Source of the DNA: Amphiscolops sp. MND2022
Lineage: Eukaryota
Assembly: GCA_964187785.1 (NCBI GenBank)
Contig: OZ076413.1
Span: forward strand, 42,718,001 to 42,782,000
Length of the DNA: 64,000 nt
Direction of reading: 5' to 3'
The position numbers were made by a program, and so were the translations under genes. Of the stretch, positions 23,646 to 36,112 are shown piece after piece. Every line of letters begins with the position of its first letter. Position 1 is the stretch's first letter. Under the pieces are notes generated by a model. It saw only the letters and a list, made by a program, of their open reading frames with translations, was not told the DNA's origin and did no database searches.

Positions 23646-26499
23646 TATTTTCCGCCCATATTCCATATGGGAGCGGAAAATATTTAAATCAAGCGGTTTT
23701 TTTTACAATTCTGTACTTTTTTGGTTGGCCCCAGAATGACACAAAAATGACCCCAAAAAGTCCAAATTTTTTCATTTTTACGTCTTAATGCAGTTTTTGT
23801 CAATTTTTTTAGAGATATCGTGGATTAGAAGGTTGAAAACGTTCAACAAGGCACGAAATTGTTGTTCAATACTCTTCTAGGAAGAGAAAATTGCTGTTTT
23901 CCAAATAAAAAGATCTCAAACTGACACCAAACAATACAATAAACAAAATGATCCCAAAATTTTTCAAATTTCAAACGTTTATGCCCTTTTTCCAAGTTTT
24001 CAACAGATTTCGTGGATTGGAATGTTGAAAAGGTCAATGTGTTGTCCAGTACGCTTAGTGAAGAGATAACTGCAGTTTTTTAAATGAAAAATGTCTGGAA
24101 TTGACATCGAAACAGACAAAAATTCGAAAATTTCCGATTTTCACCATTTTGGTTCAATTTTTGTCAAACTATCGATAGACTTGGTGGACTAGAATGTGAA
24201 AACCCCTAACCCATGGGAAAATTTGTTGTTTCAGTGAGCTTTCGACAAGAGAAAAGTTCAATTTGTACAAGAAAATTGACTCTGAATTTGTAGAAAAATT
24301 TGATGTTTTTGTAGTTTTTGATGCAGTTTCTGAACCATTTTCTCATTGTCATAAATTACCCCAAGAGGACTTCTCGCTCAAAATGCAAAGTGGGCCAATC
24401 AAACTTGAGAAAACCCACTGTAACTTAAACAATTTTCTTGGAATGTCTCGACTGAATTAAAATTAAGACTACAACCTGAAGTTATATTCTCAGTCACTGC
24501 AATTGGAAAAGTTCTATCCAAGAGAATTCGGATAAGTGTCAAGATAGAAATAGCAATCCTTAAAATCTATATATTCCACAAAATCTATACACCCCAGAGA
24601 AACCAGTCCAAACATTTTACTTCCCAAGAGCGTTAAAAAAGTAGCCGTGCGCTGGTAATTAGTCATTCATCCTAGCATTTTATTTCGCTTAATGTGATTT
24701 TTACAAGTTTGATTATCAAATAAAAGAAATTGAAAAAAACATGCAATAGCGACACAAAATGACTTTTGTTTGCGCCCTTGAGAACCATAGTGTTGAACAG
24801 CTGCGAATGTTATACAGAACAAGAAACTCAGTGGCATTTTTATATGCTTTTACAGTACACCCCGGGAAATTCGGACAGTTCCCAAGCTCAAAAATTTAAA
24901 GTGACAAGAGAAAAATTCCAACTAAATTGCCTCTGGATATCTGAAAACTGTTTTTGCACGAATTAAAATCTGGTTTCGAAATAGCAGTTGTAAAAAGTAA
25001 CGCCGCCTTCTTTGCAAGACCTACTTTAATTCAGAAATAACGTCAAACGTTCGGATATGTCGCAATTTTGCATAATTCGCATTTGGCTCCAACGATTTTG
25101 GCATAGCGCATATTTTAAGTCAAAATTCAGACGAAAAGATTGAAAAAGACTCCGGTGAAATCACAAGTATTTCAAGAAAAGATTTGGTGCCCTATAGGTT
25201 CGAAAAATTCAGTGCTACAATATCTATAGAGGAACTTTCTGTTCTCATCTGCCTTAGCAAACTATAAAACTAAGTCTTCACCGGGAGTTCTCCCGCTTCC
25301 CATTAACGACGCTAACCACTAAGCCACGTCCTTCTTGACCTCCAGACAGTACTGTCAGTAGCTTCAGTAGTTTTCATTGAAGGTACAGCCATATCAAAAA
25401 ATTTTCCATCTGAGCTCAAATTCTATTTGGAATCAAAATCGTTGATCAACGAAGAGGTCACCGCAAACTATACTGTTTCCTTTTACTGAATAAGCAAGAT
25501 GAATGGTCGTGCTTTATTTTTTAATGTTGCAAAATATCGAGACCCCGATGTTGAAAAACATAACTGCTGCGAACTTGCACAGAAAATGTTCTAAAAAATC
25601 GAACATGAACACTGAAATGCTCAGGCAAAATAAAAGCTGAAGCCTGTCGCGAAATAAAGTAACGTAAAAGACGCGCAACATTTTCGAAAATTTCTCCAGA
25701 AAATTGACAAAAACTCATGAACGAACAGAAAGCAGAAATTGCTGACAATTTTCAAAAAAATATATTTGCAAGTTTGGGAAAGCGAAGATGATTCAGGCTA
25801 TTAAAGTTTCTAGGACAAAAACCTTCGCTATGATCCATTACACTATGATCCCCAAAAATTGAAAACTTCAACTTACATTGTTTTTTTTACTCATACGCAA
25901 TGTTTGCTCACAAAACTAGGCCTGACAGTCCAAGTAGTCATTTGTACTGTTTTTAATTTTCTGGATATTGACCCCAAGGAAAGAGCCAAAATTTGTACAA
26001 AAATTCCAAAAACTTTTCGAAAATTGAACTTCCGATTATCTTTAGCATTTCTCTAAAACCATCTCAAAAATTTTTTAAGAAAAGTTATTCAAGTAGCCGA
26101 ATAATTCGTCTTTGAACTCCGTGGATTGTCTTATTCGCGCAAACATCTGAAATTGGGACGGAGTGTGTATTAAACAGTCAAATAGTGACGATAATTTCAA
26201 CTCGTTTCAATTCTTTGCATGCACATGTTTGTGATACAACTAGTTGCTTCTCTGAAAACAGTATGCTCATTGGCCAATTATTTTGTTTTTGAGCTCCTTG
26301 GAGTAGAACCGTTCGGAAGCTGATATTTCTTTCAATTTTCGACCTTTATGTACATTTTGTTTCAATACAAGACGCACGCTGAGCAGCGAAACATTTTCCG
26401 CCCCAAACTGTTCTACAGCTACATAAATTTGAGGCTCAAGAATAGCCAATGCACTATAAAAACAAAAAAACTTTGAAGACAAGAGCTTTGATTCATCTC

Positions 26500-29400
26500 A
26501 GCCCACTTTTTAAAGGAAACACCTGATTTTTTATTTCTGCGATAGCAAGTCACGTTTCGTTTTTTTTTCGGCACTATCCGACATACCGAGTAAAGAAAAA
26601 CTTTCGGGAAATTTCTTCTAGTTTTTGGGGATTTCTGTAAAGGAAATAAGTTTCCCGAGTCTTGAGTTTCCTGAATTTCCTGAAAGAAATAATTTCTTTG
26701 TTAATTTTGATCATGTGGAATTGATGAGTTTTCTTCTTGATTGTGGAAAAAAACCTCATTAAAGTTTTTTTCGGCAGTGTGTGTCTTTCCGAAACTTCAT
26801 TTTTTGTGATTCCTGTTGGCGAAAAAGTGGTTTCCGTGTCTCAGGCGTATTTTTTTTGTAAAATTTCCGGCACTGAGAAAATGGTAAAAGCTTGAAACTA
26901 GGTCCTTTGCAAGTTTAGGAAGCTTGAATGGTTCCGCTTTGTTATATTAATGCACATAGTTTAACCAGAAGTGTCAAAAATAGAAAAGATTTTGAACAAT
27001 TTTGAGATCAATTCAAGGAACTTTCCTGAAATGATTCTACCGATGTTTCTTCAAAAATAGGCCTTCCGGACACCGAATTTAGCTGTTGTTCAATGTTTAC
27101 ACCATTATAACCCACGAAGTAGCTCCACTACCGGTAGCTACACGTTTCAATCCTCCGCCTATGGGTTGTCTGATTGAAGTAGATTTTCGAGGAGAGTCCA
27201 AAATTGGGACTAGGTTGTCGAAACTTGAGAAAATTCGGAAGTTTTGACAACTTTGTGTAAACGCGATCAACTTCATCCCACCCACATTTTACCCAAAGTG
27301 GGTTTTGAATACCCCATTGATTCAACGATCAGGTCAGTGGACTTTCTATTCTTCAAAATTTTCGTGGATTGAACAAAAATTAACTTTAATATTTCAGAAA
27401 ACTTGCTTTTGTATTGTTTCATGGATTTCGGGGTGTGACGAGACTATACACCATTTAATGCCAGTAAGTCATTCAAAAAGGGTACAAAAGATGCCTAAAA
27501 ATGTAAAAAAAACTTCACATTTCTCAGTTTTCACATTGTTTGGGACATTCTGAGGAAACTTTATCTGATGAAAGATGCAAAACGCTCTGTAAAAAACGTG
27601 ATGTGGACCTAGTTTTACTATCTGGAACTTTTCGAAAATCAACAAAAATTTTGACATTTTTGGCTTTTTGCTGACAATTTTGAGCCATTTTTCAACCGAA
27701 GTCTGCAAACATTTCCATTACAGTGCACAGGCAAGCTATTTTGCTGCTTTTCGTGGAATCCGGGACACGAAAATTGAGAAAAGTCGTGGAATCCAGGACA
27801 AAATTTCTCTTAGATGTTAAGCGTGTCTTGGATTCCACGACAGTGCTTGTCCTGGATTCCACGCCAACACTGCTGCTATAATGACACTTTTGCCGCTGCT
27901 CTCTGATTGGTCCGCTTATTTTGAGTGATCATTATTGGAAAGGCAGAAGAAGTTGAATTAAGTCAATTTTATATCGATGGAAATTGTTTTGATTGACACA
28001 AAATGTCCCAAAGTACGAATAAAGATACTCATGACTGGTACCAAAATTGAAGCATGTCATCAAATAAGGGCAGATTGTGATGATCTGGCAGTTTGTTCAA
28101 AACTGGAACTAAAATGAAAAATAGAAAAATTTTGTGTGATATTGGTGTGATTGTCTGAATCATTTTGAATTAATATACGAAAAGTAGTGCATAATACTAT
28201 GTTTGTTCAGTCTTCCACTTGAATTTGATTCAAGAAGAGATGCCGCGTATCGCGTCAAGCATAAAGTCGTCGAATCCAGGAAATTTATGATTTCTGCAAT
28301 CTGATTGGTTCATTTTGCAAAACTTTTTTTCACGTTTTTGTGGAATCGGGGCACCGCTACATGCCGACAGTGCGTACAGCTAAGCATATGTTACTGGAAT
28401 CCACGACGAAATCCGTGGAATCCGGGACTTATGACCTAGTTTGCCAATTTTGCACGGTTAAAGGTATGGTCGTGGAATCCGAGATATTGAAAGCACAAAG
28501 TTGCGCTTTGAGCAAATAAGGCTTGCCTGTGCACTCTAATGTCTTTAAAAGACGATTGGATCGTGAGTTCAATCGTTGTTGAACGTTTGCCAAAATTCGG
28601 ACACCAAAAAGATTCAAAAAGTACACATCAGTTGCATGAAAGCGAGGATGATGAAATTTTTGACTCTTTTTGAGTCATTATGAATGCAACGTTCTTCTCA
28701 AAAAATGTAATAAAAGCTCGTTCTTTTGTTTTTGATTGTGTTGGAACTTACAATGAAAGCTCTGGGAATTTGTACAGATATCGCATCTAAAAGCAAAAAC
28801 TCCAACTTTTTCGACAATTTCAGGGACACTTTGAGGCATGTTTTTTTTACAAATTGTACTTATCTCTTGACGAAAGCTCACAAAATAACAAAATGTCTCC
28901 TTTTGCAGGGGTTTTAACAGTCTCGTTAACGAAGTCTGTTTATAGTTTGAGAAAAATTGAAGAAGAATGGTGAAAATGGGAAATTTGTCGAATTTTTGTC
29001 TTTTAGATGTCAATTCCAGAAATTTTGAATTGAAAAACTGCTTGTATCTCTTCATTTAGCACACTGGACAACGTATTTGTTCCTTGTTCACCATTTTCAA
29101 CATTCGAAAATACGAAGTCTGTCGAAAATTATGAAAAATGCATAAAAACTTTGAAAATCTGAAAAAATTTTGGGACTTTTGTCATTTTCGCTGTCAAGTT
29201 GGGACATTTTTCATTGAGAAAGTTGCAATTATCTCTTCATAAATGTCTACAGGACAACGAATTTGTGCCATGTTGAGCATTTTCAACATTCTAATCCACG
29301 CCATTATCGAAAAATTGACAAAAAGTGCATTGAAATGTCAAAAATGGAAGTTTCTGCAATTTTTCTTGTTTTTGGGTTCATATTCGGGTCATTCTGGAGT

Positions 29401-29600
29401 CCTTGGGGTCAACTAAGAAAGTCCAGAGAGTCGTCACAAATACATATCGCACGAAGCTAAACTTATGTGATTTGAATTCTATGGGTAACACTCTTAAAGT
29501 TAAATATAAATTTGGTACTTGGCAAATTTTGTTTAATAAAACCCGTTTGATTTAAATATTTTCCTTTCCCATATGAAATATGGGCGGAAAATTAAAGAAA
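26500..29600 (-). repeat. Minus-orientation copy of a long non-coding repeat family (other copies ~23645-24330, ~31190-33430, ~47440-48600 in + orientation)
   Basis: The reverse complement matches 31190-33430 and 47440-48600, for example GGTATTCAAAAC..., TTTCGACAAC.TAGTCCCAATTTT, GATTGAAACGTGTAGCTA and TTCCGCCCATA. No coding capacity seen. Boundaries approximate. Confidence 0.7.
27721..28536. mobile_element. Tc1/mariner-type MITE, 816 bp, nested in the long repeat
   Basis: TIR CAGTGCACAGGCAAGC / GCTTGCCTGTGCACTC (15/16), TA on both sides (27719-20, 28537-38) and many internal GTGGAATCC/GGATTCCAC motifs. Confidence 0.85.
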
Positions 29601-31189
29601 TTTTCTTAATTTGAAACATACGTCTGATTTTGTTCGTTCTTCGAATGCTGTGATTGTCCGTACGCATTACCATGTTCAAAAATTTAAGAAAATAGCTTGA
29701 GACTATTAGAATTGACGAACATTTTACTTCGTGGGGGTTTTGGGGCATTTTCTGAACATATTCCCAAATTGCTTTCCTACAAACACCGGAGTTTAAACCT
29801 CGTTCGTTGTTAGTTTATGTGGACATTCTAACTGACAACAAAACTGGATGGTCAACAAATGGAGTTTCCTGGAAATTCGAGTTTTGTAGTGTCAATTTGG
29901 GGGACTTTTTAATTAATAAACTACAAAATAGTCTTTATAAAAGCATAGAGTGTAGCTAATTCGGTCGTCGCTGATCTTTTTCGGATTTCTAATTTGTCAA
30001 AAGTTTCAAAACAAATGCCAAAATTAGTCAACAGAGAGCGTTGAAAAGTTGCAACTTTCTTGTGTATTTTCGAGGCTTTTTTCAACAAAAACCTCGGATT
30101 GCTTTTCGTAAACGGGAAAGCTAGTTGGCTCGTCGTTGAACTCTCTGGATAATGAACATTTCAAAACGTTCTCACGAAAATAGTCTGAAGAAAATCAGAA
30201 AAATGTTTCTGAAAGTTTTGGATCTTTTTGGGTAATTTACAGTCCCTTATTCCAGAAAAAGGTCAAATTGCACTTCACAAAAGGGTATAGGTAAGCAATT
30301 GTTTGCAATTGAACTTGAATGTTCTTACATTTCGAAACGTACAAAAATAGTCCAATAATGGTCAAAGTAGAAAATAAGAAATGGGTATTTTTGAAGCATC
30401 TTCCCATCATACATTTTCAGATTGCTCCTCAGAGAAGCGTACAGGATAACTAGTTGGGTTAGATAACCTTTTCGAACCCTGTGGATGATGTAAAGGTTCA
30501 AAATGTACAAAAACTTTATGGAAGCTGAAAATGGTCAATATCTGAAAAATTCAAAAATTCTTGATTTTTTGACTTTTTAGATTTTATTTTGGGATCATTT
30601 CGAGATCATCTTGGTTTTTCGCAAAAACCTCAAATACCTTTAGCTATGCATATGCTTTGAATATCCATGCCACAAATTCTTTTCTTTCATAATTTTATGT
30701 CAGTTGAACTCTGTCGAATAGCCTTTATACTTTGGGCATAATAATGAAACCTGGCAAATATCGAAAATAAATGCTACAGAGTCAGGAATTTCCTTTCTCA
30801 TAAGAAAACATCGACAAAAATAATGAAATTTAACATGAGCGTTAGTGATCAACTTTTGTTGGAGCTAGGCAACACCGTAGTATGGGGTAATTTTCTCATC
30901 TGGTAGAAAAACGTAAGTATATAGCAAACAAAAATAAAAAATAAACAAATTTGACAAAAAATAGCGGGAAAATTCAACTATTCCAGCGTCCAACATGAAG
31001 CTCAAACCCTGTAGTCTTGTATATTATTCGAGACGTTCTCAAAACAGCTTTTGAGCTTATATGGAGAACTATTTTTGTAACTATGGATCGAAAACGAAAG
31101 TTCAAAAACCAACAGAGGGACTCTATTATAAATTATATGGTGCTGACAAAGCTTTACCAACAAACATGGTTTTGTTTCTCGAAATTTTT

Positions 31190-33430
31190 CTGAAGTTCCG
31201 CCCATATGGGAAAGGAAAATATTTAAACCAAACGATTTTTTTTAGAAAATTTGCCAAGCACCAACTTTATATTTAACTTTAAGGGTGTTATCTATAGTAT
31301 TAAACTCATAAAAAACCTTCGTGCGATATGTAGTAGTGGAGATTTCTGGACTTTTTTGGTTGACACCAAGGACCCCAGAATGACCCAAAAATGACCCCAA
31401 AAAGGAAAAAATTGCAAAAATTTCCAATTATTTACGTTTTATTGCAGTTTTTGTCAATTTTTCTATAAATATCGTGGATTAGAATGTTGAAAACATTCAG
31501 AAAGGCACTAATTCGTTATTCAATAGTTTTCAATGAAGAGATAATTGCTATTTTCCAAATGAACCAAATCTCGAAATGACACCGAAAATGACAAAAAACC
31601 CAACATTTTTCAATTTTCAACGTTTCTTGCAATTTTCGTAAAATTTCGACAGACTTCGAGGATTGGGACGTTGGAAAGGGTCAACAAGGAAAGAGTTTGT
31701 TGTCCAGTAGGCTTTTTCGATGAGTTTATTGCAGTTTTCTTATTGAAAAATGTATCAAATTGGCACCGAAAATGACAAAAAACCCAAATTTTTCTAACTT
31801 TCATTGTTTTTATGCAATTTTGGTCAAAATTTCGACAGACTCTGTGGTTTGAAGTAATGAAAAGTTCATCAAAGTAAGAATTCGTTGTCCAGTAGTCTTT
31901 TATGAAGTGATAGTTGTAGTTTTTTGAATGAGAAAAATATCTTAAATTGACACCGAAAGTGACAAAATCCCAAAATTTTTCTACATTCATTGTTTTTATG
32001 CTTTTCTCTCCAAATGTTCGATAGACTTCTTGGATTGGAATGGTGAAAGGGGTCGGCAAGGAAAGCAGGAATTATCCAGTATGCTGAGTGAAGGGATGAC
32101 TGCAGTTTTCTAAATTAGAAATGTCTGGAATTGCCATCGAAAGATTCCCGATTTTCACCATTTTTGTTCAATGTTTGTCAAACCGTCGATGGACTTGGTG
32201 GATTAGAATGTTAAAAACCCTATAAATGGGATATTTGTTTGGTTCAGTGAGCTTTCGCCAAGAGATAAATTCAGTTTGTGGAAGAAAAATGCCTCAAAAT
32301 GACCCTGAATTTGTCAAAAAATTTGATGTTTTATCGTTTTTGAAGCAATTTCTTTACAATTTATGAGAGATTTCTCTATAAGTTATAAGTTCCAACACAA
32401 TCAACAACGAAAGAACGAGCTTTGCAGCACATTTTGTGAGAAAGTTGCAGCGTTTTGCTTCAAAAACACTTCAGAATGAACCCGATTGACTCCAAAAACT
32501 TAAACAACTTCACGTTTTTTGCAAATTATGTCTACTTCCTGAAACGTTTTGGGGTCCGAATATATGCAAACGTTCAACAAAGATTGAAGCTCAGTAGTCT
32601 TTCAGTGAAAAGTTTGAAGACTTCGGTTGGAAAATGGTGCTAAATTGAACGCAAATATCCCAAAATGTCCAAGGTTTTGCCGATTTCAGACATTTTCAGT
32701 AAATTTTCATTTGAGATTGAACAATTCGGTGAGCTAAAAGCTTCAAAACAATGCAGTTGATAAAAGTAGGTCCGCGGCATGTGTTTTCAAGTGACATTTG
32801 CATGTTTTAAGATAGAAAATTTCCTGAGATTGTCTTAAACAATGCAAAAACTGAGAAAGTTTTTTTTTACTATTTCAGGTAGTTGTACGTTTTTTGAGCT
32901 ACTTCCTTGCATAAGAGGATTTCGAAATTCCAGCAATGACTATTCCTGGTATCAAGTAGACAATTTTGAAGATAAAATTCCATTTTTCTGAGCTTGGCCT
33001 CAAAAACAAGCCAAAATCCATGAAACAACAAAAAAGTGCGTTTTTCGACAAACTAATTCATTTTTTGTTCGGAACTTCCATTGACCTGAGCGTTAAAATG
33101 ATACGGTATTCAAAACGCACTTTGAGAAACAAAAGTGGGATGAAGTTCATCGAGTTTACAACAAAGGTGTCAAATTTTCCGAGTAATCTCAAGTTTCGAC
33201 AACGTAGTCCCAATTTTGGACCCTCCTCGAAATCTTACTTCGATAAGACAACCCATATGCTCAGGATTGAAACGTGTAGCTAGCGGTTGTGGTTTGAAAA
33301 GATATTAGACAAGTTTATTCGCACAACGTACAAAAATTTCATTTGAAAACGTAAATTTAGACCTTATTTGTCGAATACTTAAAGTTCAATAAGCTCCAAG
33401 CAAAATCACTAGATCACCTTCCAATTTTTT
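31190..33430 (+). repeat. Plus-orientation copy of the long non-coding repeat with an internal ~185-bp tandem subrepeat
   Basis: The anchor GACACCGAAA-like motif lies at 31578, 31762, 31949 and 32133 (spacings 184, 187, 184). Homologous to 23645-24330 and inverted relative to 26500-29600. Confidence 0.75.
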
Positions 33431-34200
33431 CCATGAAAACAGTAAGTCGCATAGTGCCAAAAATCGCGAGGAATCGTTAAGGATCGCAAAGCGTTTCGTT
33501 TCTAGTAAAAACTGAGAGGGGGTTTCGATAAAAACAAAAAGGAAAATCGCATGGAAAAAAACACCGTTCTTGAAAAAAATCCTTTATGGCGTGCTGAGAA
33601 AACCCTGAAAGGTTTAAAAAGTTTAGGAGAGAAATTGCAAGAATCTCACAATACCAAAATTTGTAAAAAAAAAGGGGGGCTCAGGGATTTTTTGAAAATA
33701 CAATTTGATGCAAAATATCAAAAAAATGAAGGGGGCCCTTTCGAGACAATAATTTTTTCTCTGAATGAAAACTGAAAATGAGAATTTGGAACAGTATCAT
33801 AGTGTCGAAAAATGTAAAAAGTGGATCCCTTGGGATTTTTTGAACGCCCATTATGTTGCAAAATAAAACAATTGAAAGAGACATTTAAAAAATTGCGAAA
33901 AAAGTCTAGCAAAATCGAAATAACATAAAAACATTTTGGTCAACTGCGAGACTCGAACACACATCCTTCTGCTTTGCAGACCTCAAAAGTCGTGATCAAC
34001 CTCTGTGCTAAATGGCAGTAGACGTTACAAGTCTAGTGTGACAGTAGACAGCAGTAGCAACGGCTTATAAAACTTATAAAATCGGTGATTTTGTCGGTCT
34101 TAAAAAAAGAAAAGGCACTACTATAATCAGCACTTTCTACGAAATCGCTGGCTTAAAAAATGAAGCCAAAAACCGAAAATATGCCTCTGCTTTTTCATGA
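33430..34200 (+). repeat. Dispersed repeat family, related copy at ~62820-63470
   Basis: Shared GTCGCATAGTGCCAAAAA, AAAGGGGG(G)ACCCTTTG and AAAATAT/CCAAAAAA motifs. The first copy contains a degenerate tRNA-like A/B-box segment at ~33938-34015 on the minus strand. Confidence 0.6.
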
Positions 34201-36072
34201 TTCCGTTCTGAGCACAAGGAATGCTTTATTGTTTTCAATTGTTCAAAATTGTACATAACGCAAAAAGAAAATACTGTTTCAGTCTAAGATATCGCCATGC
34301 AAACTAAAGTCCGTCGTTGCCAAAATAACGGCGTTCCACCTGTACCACACCTTCTGACTCTCCAGTGGACGTAAGTCTTGAGCAGGATAGCTCAAAGATT
34401 CCAAAGACAGTCGAAAGCAACTTCAGTTTTTGAAAATACCCGGCCATGTTGGTACCCGGTCATGTTAGATTTCGACAAGTATTAAGTACTATAACCATGC
34501 AATACGCTTTCCTTGCGGTTCAAGAAACCTTTTAGTGTTTTTTGTCTATGTAACATCCTCGGTAGACTGTCCCTAGCTATATTTTGGCTGGAAAATACTA
34601 AAAATTTTACGCTAATTCACTGTCTTTTTGTCCATTGAGATCTAAATTCGCCGCAATTGAATGGAATAGGATCTAATTTAACTGTGAACTGGTGCAATAA
34701 TATCTCATATCAGTTTAAAATCCTGGTGGAATAAGATCCAATTAATTGTTATCTCGTATTAAAATATTCAAGTGGAAATGCTGTAATCTGGTGGAAAATG
34801 ATCTAAAGACACTCTTCCAGTGGAATAAGATATAAAAACTAAATTATCAGAATTGAATCGTTTGTTCAACAAAGCCTCCGTTGAGCACCGGTCCCTATCT
34901 GTTTTAGCTACGATATGTCCTTAAGGCTCGAGCGTAGCCAATAAACTACGAATTGAAAAGAAATTTCCAAAAATTTGAAAATTAAAAATATGAAAATTTT
35001 GACACTTCGGTTCTTTTGAGACAATATTCTGGAAAAAGTGTTTCTGCCAAAGAAAAGAATGGTAAGTGGCAAATAAATGCTCGTTGAATATTCATACTAT
35101 TGAAAATATCCGAAATATGTACGATAAATGCTTAAAACAGTAAAATTTTTCAACAGTTTTTGACATTTTTCCAACAAGTTGAATTATCTCCCCAATCACC
35201 TATGATACAACCTAAATTTATGGTTTCTGATTTCTGTAGAAAGAAACGTGTATTTTTGAAGCGCAAAAATAAAACATGACAAAATTACAGAAAAAAAAAC
35301 TTTTGAAATATGGGTAAAGAAAATGAAAAAGTGAATCAAACCTCAATTCAATGTTTGATTGTGTAGAAGCCACTATGTATCATGACGTTGCTTGAAACAT
35401 ATCTCGTTTCTTTCTGCATTGAATCCTATCCAATGAGCATGAACCTGCATGAAAAATGTGTTTGTGTGATATTTTGTCAGAGAAGTCACCAGCCATTTGA
35501 CATGTTTTATATACTTTGAGACTAAAAATTGATCATTTAAATAGATGAAGTTAGCTTTCACATCCAAAAAGTTTATAAACAAGTGGTTTTTGAAAATTCA
35601 GTATCAATTTGAAATAATGTTTTATTTGACAAAAATCAAACTCAGTATCTCTCCAAACCTAGAGAAGGTCTTTTCGCGGACTATCATTTGATCAATTAAA
35701 GTTTTGCTTTCTCTTCAAACTATTTTTTTGAAAACACAATTTGAACTCAAATCTTGATGACGTCATTTGAGTGCTCTTGTGATCAGTTTTGTTCATAACC
35801 ATGTAGAGTATTTTTGGCCGAACATGCAGTTTATAGTACACCTTTCAGAATTTCAGAGGATTGTCGACGTCATCGTATAAGTTTCAATTGCTCTTCGTGC
35901 GTGCGTTAAAAACTGTCAAGTAAAATATATTGTACAGAAATAGACGAAAACAATTACAGCTTCATCTGAAAAAAAAGCATTCATTCCAGACCAGATTCTA
36001 GATTTATTGAGTACTTATTTTTTGTGCACTCTCTATGGATTTTAATTTAGCTTCCTGAGACTCAAGGTTTAG

Positions 36073-36112
36073 ATGCTGACCTTACAACTGTTTCTCTTCA
36101 TTCTAACATTTG
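36073..36112 (+). CDS. Cadherin exon 1 (signal peptide)
   Basis: MLTLQLFLFILTF-G|gtgagt, phase 1. An upstream acceptor ttaatttag ends at 36050. Confidence 0.75.

Noticed and set aside
33938-34015. tRNA-like sequence on the minus strand (A box TAGCACAGAGG, B box GTTCGAGTC)
   Set aside because: It does not fold into a convincing cloverleaf and lies within a dispersed repeat, so it is tRNA-derived at most.
22400-35900. Numerous 60-150-aa ORFs in the intergenic region
   Set aside because: They are K/F/N-rich translations of AT-rich repeats with no domain motifs or splice-consistent structure.
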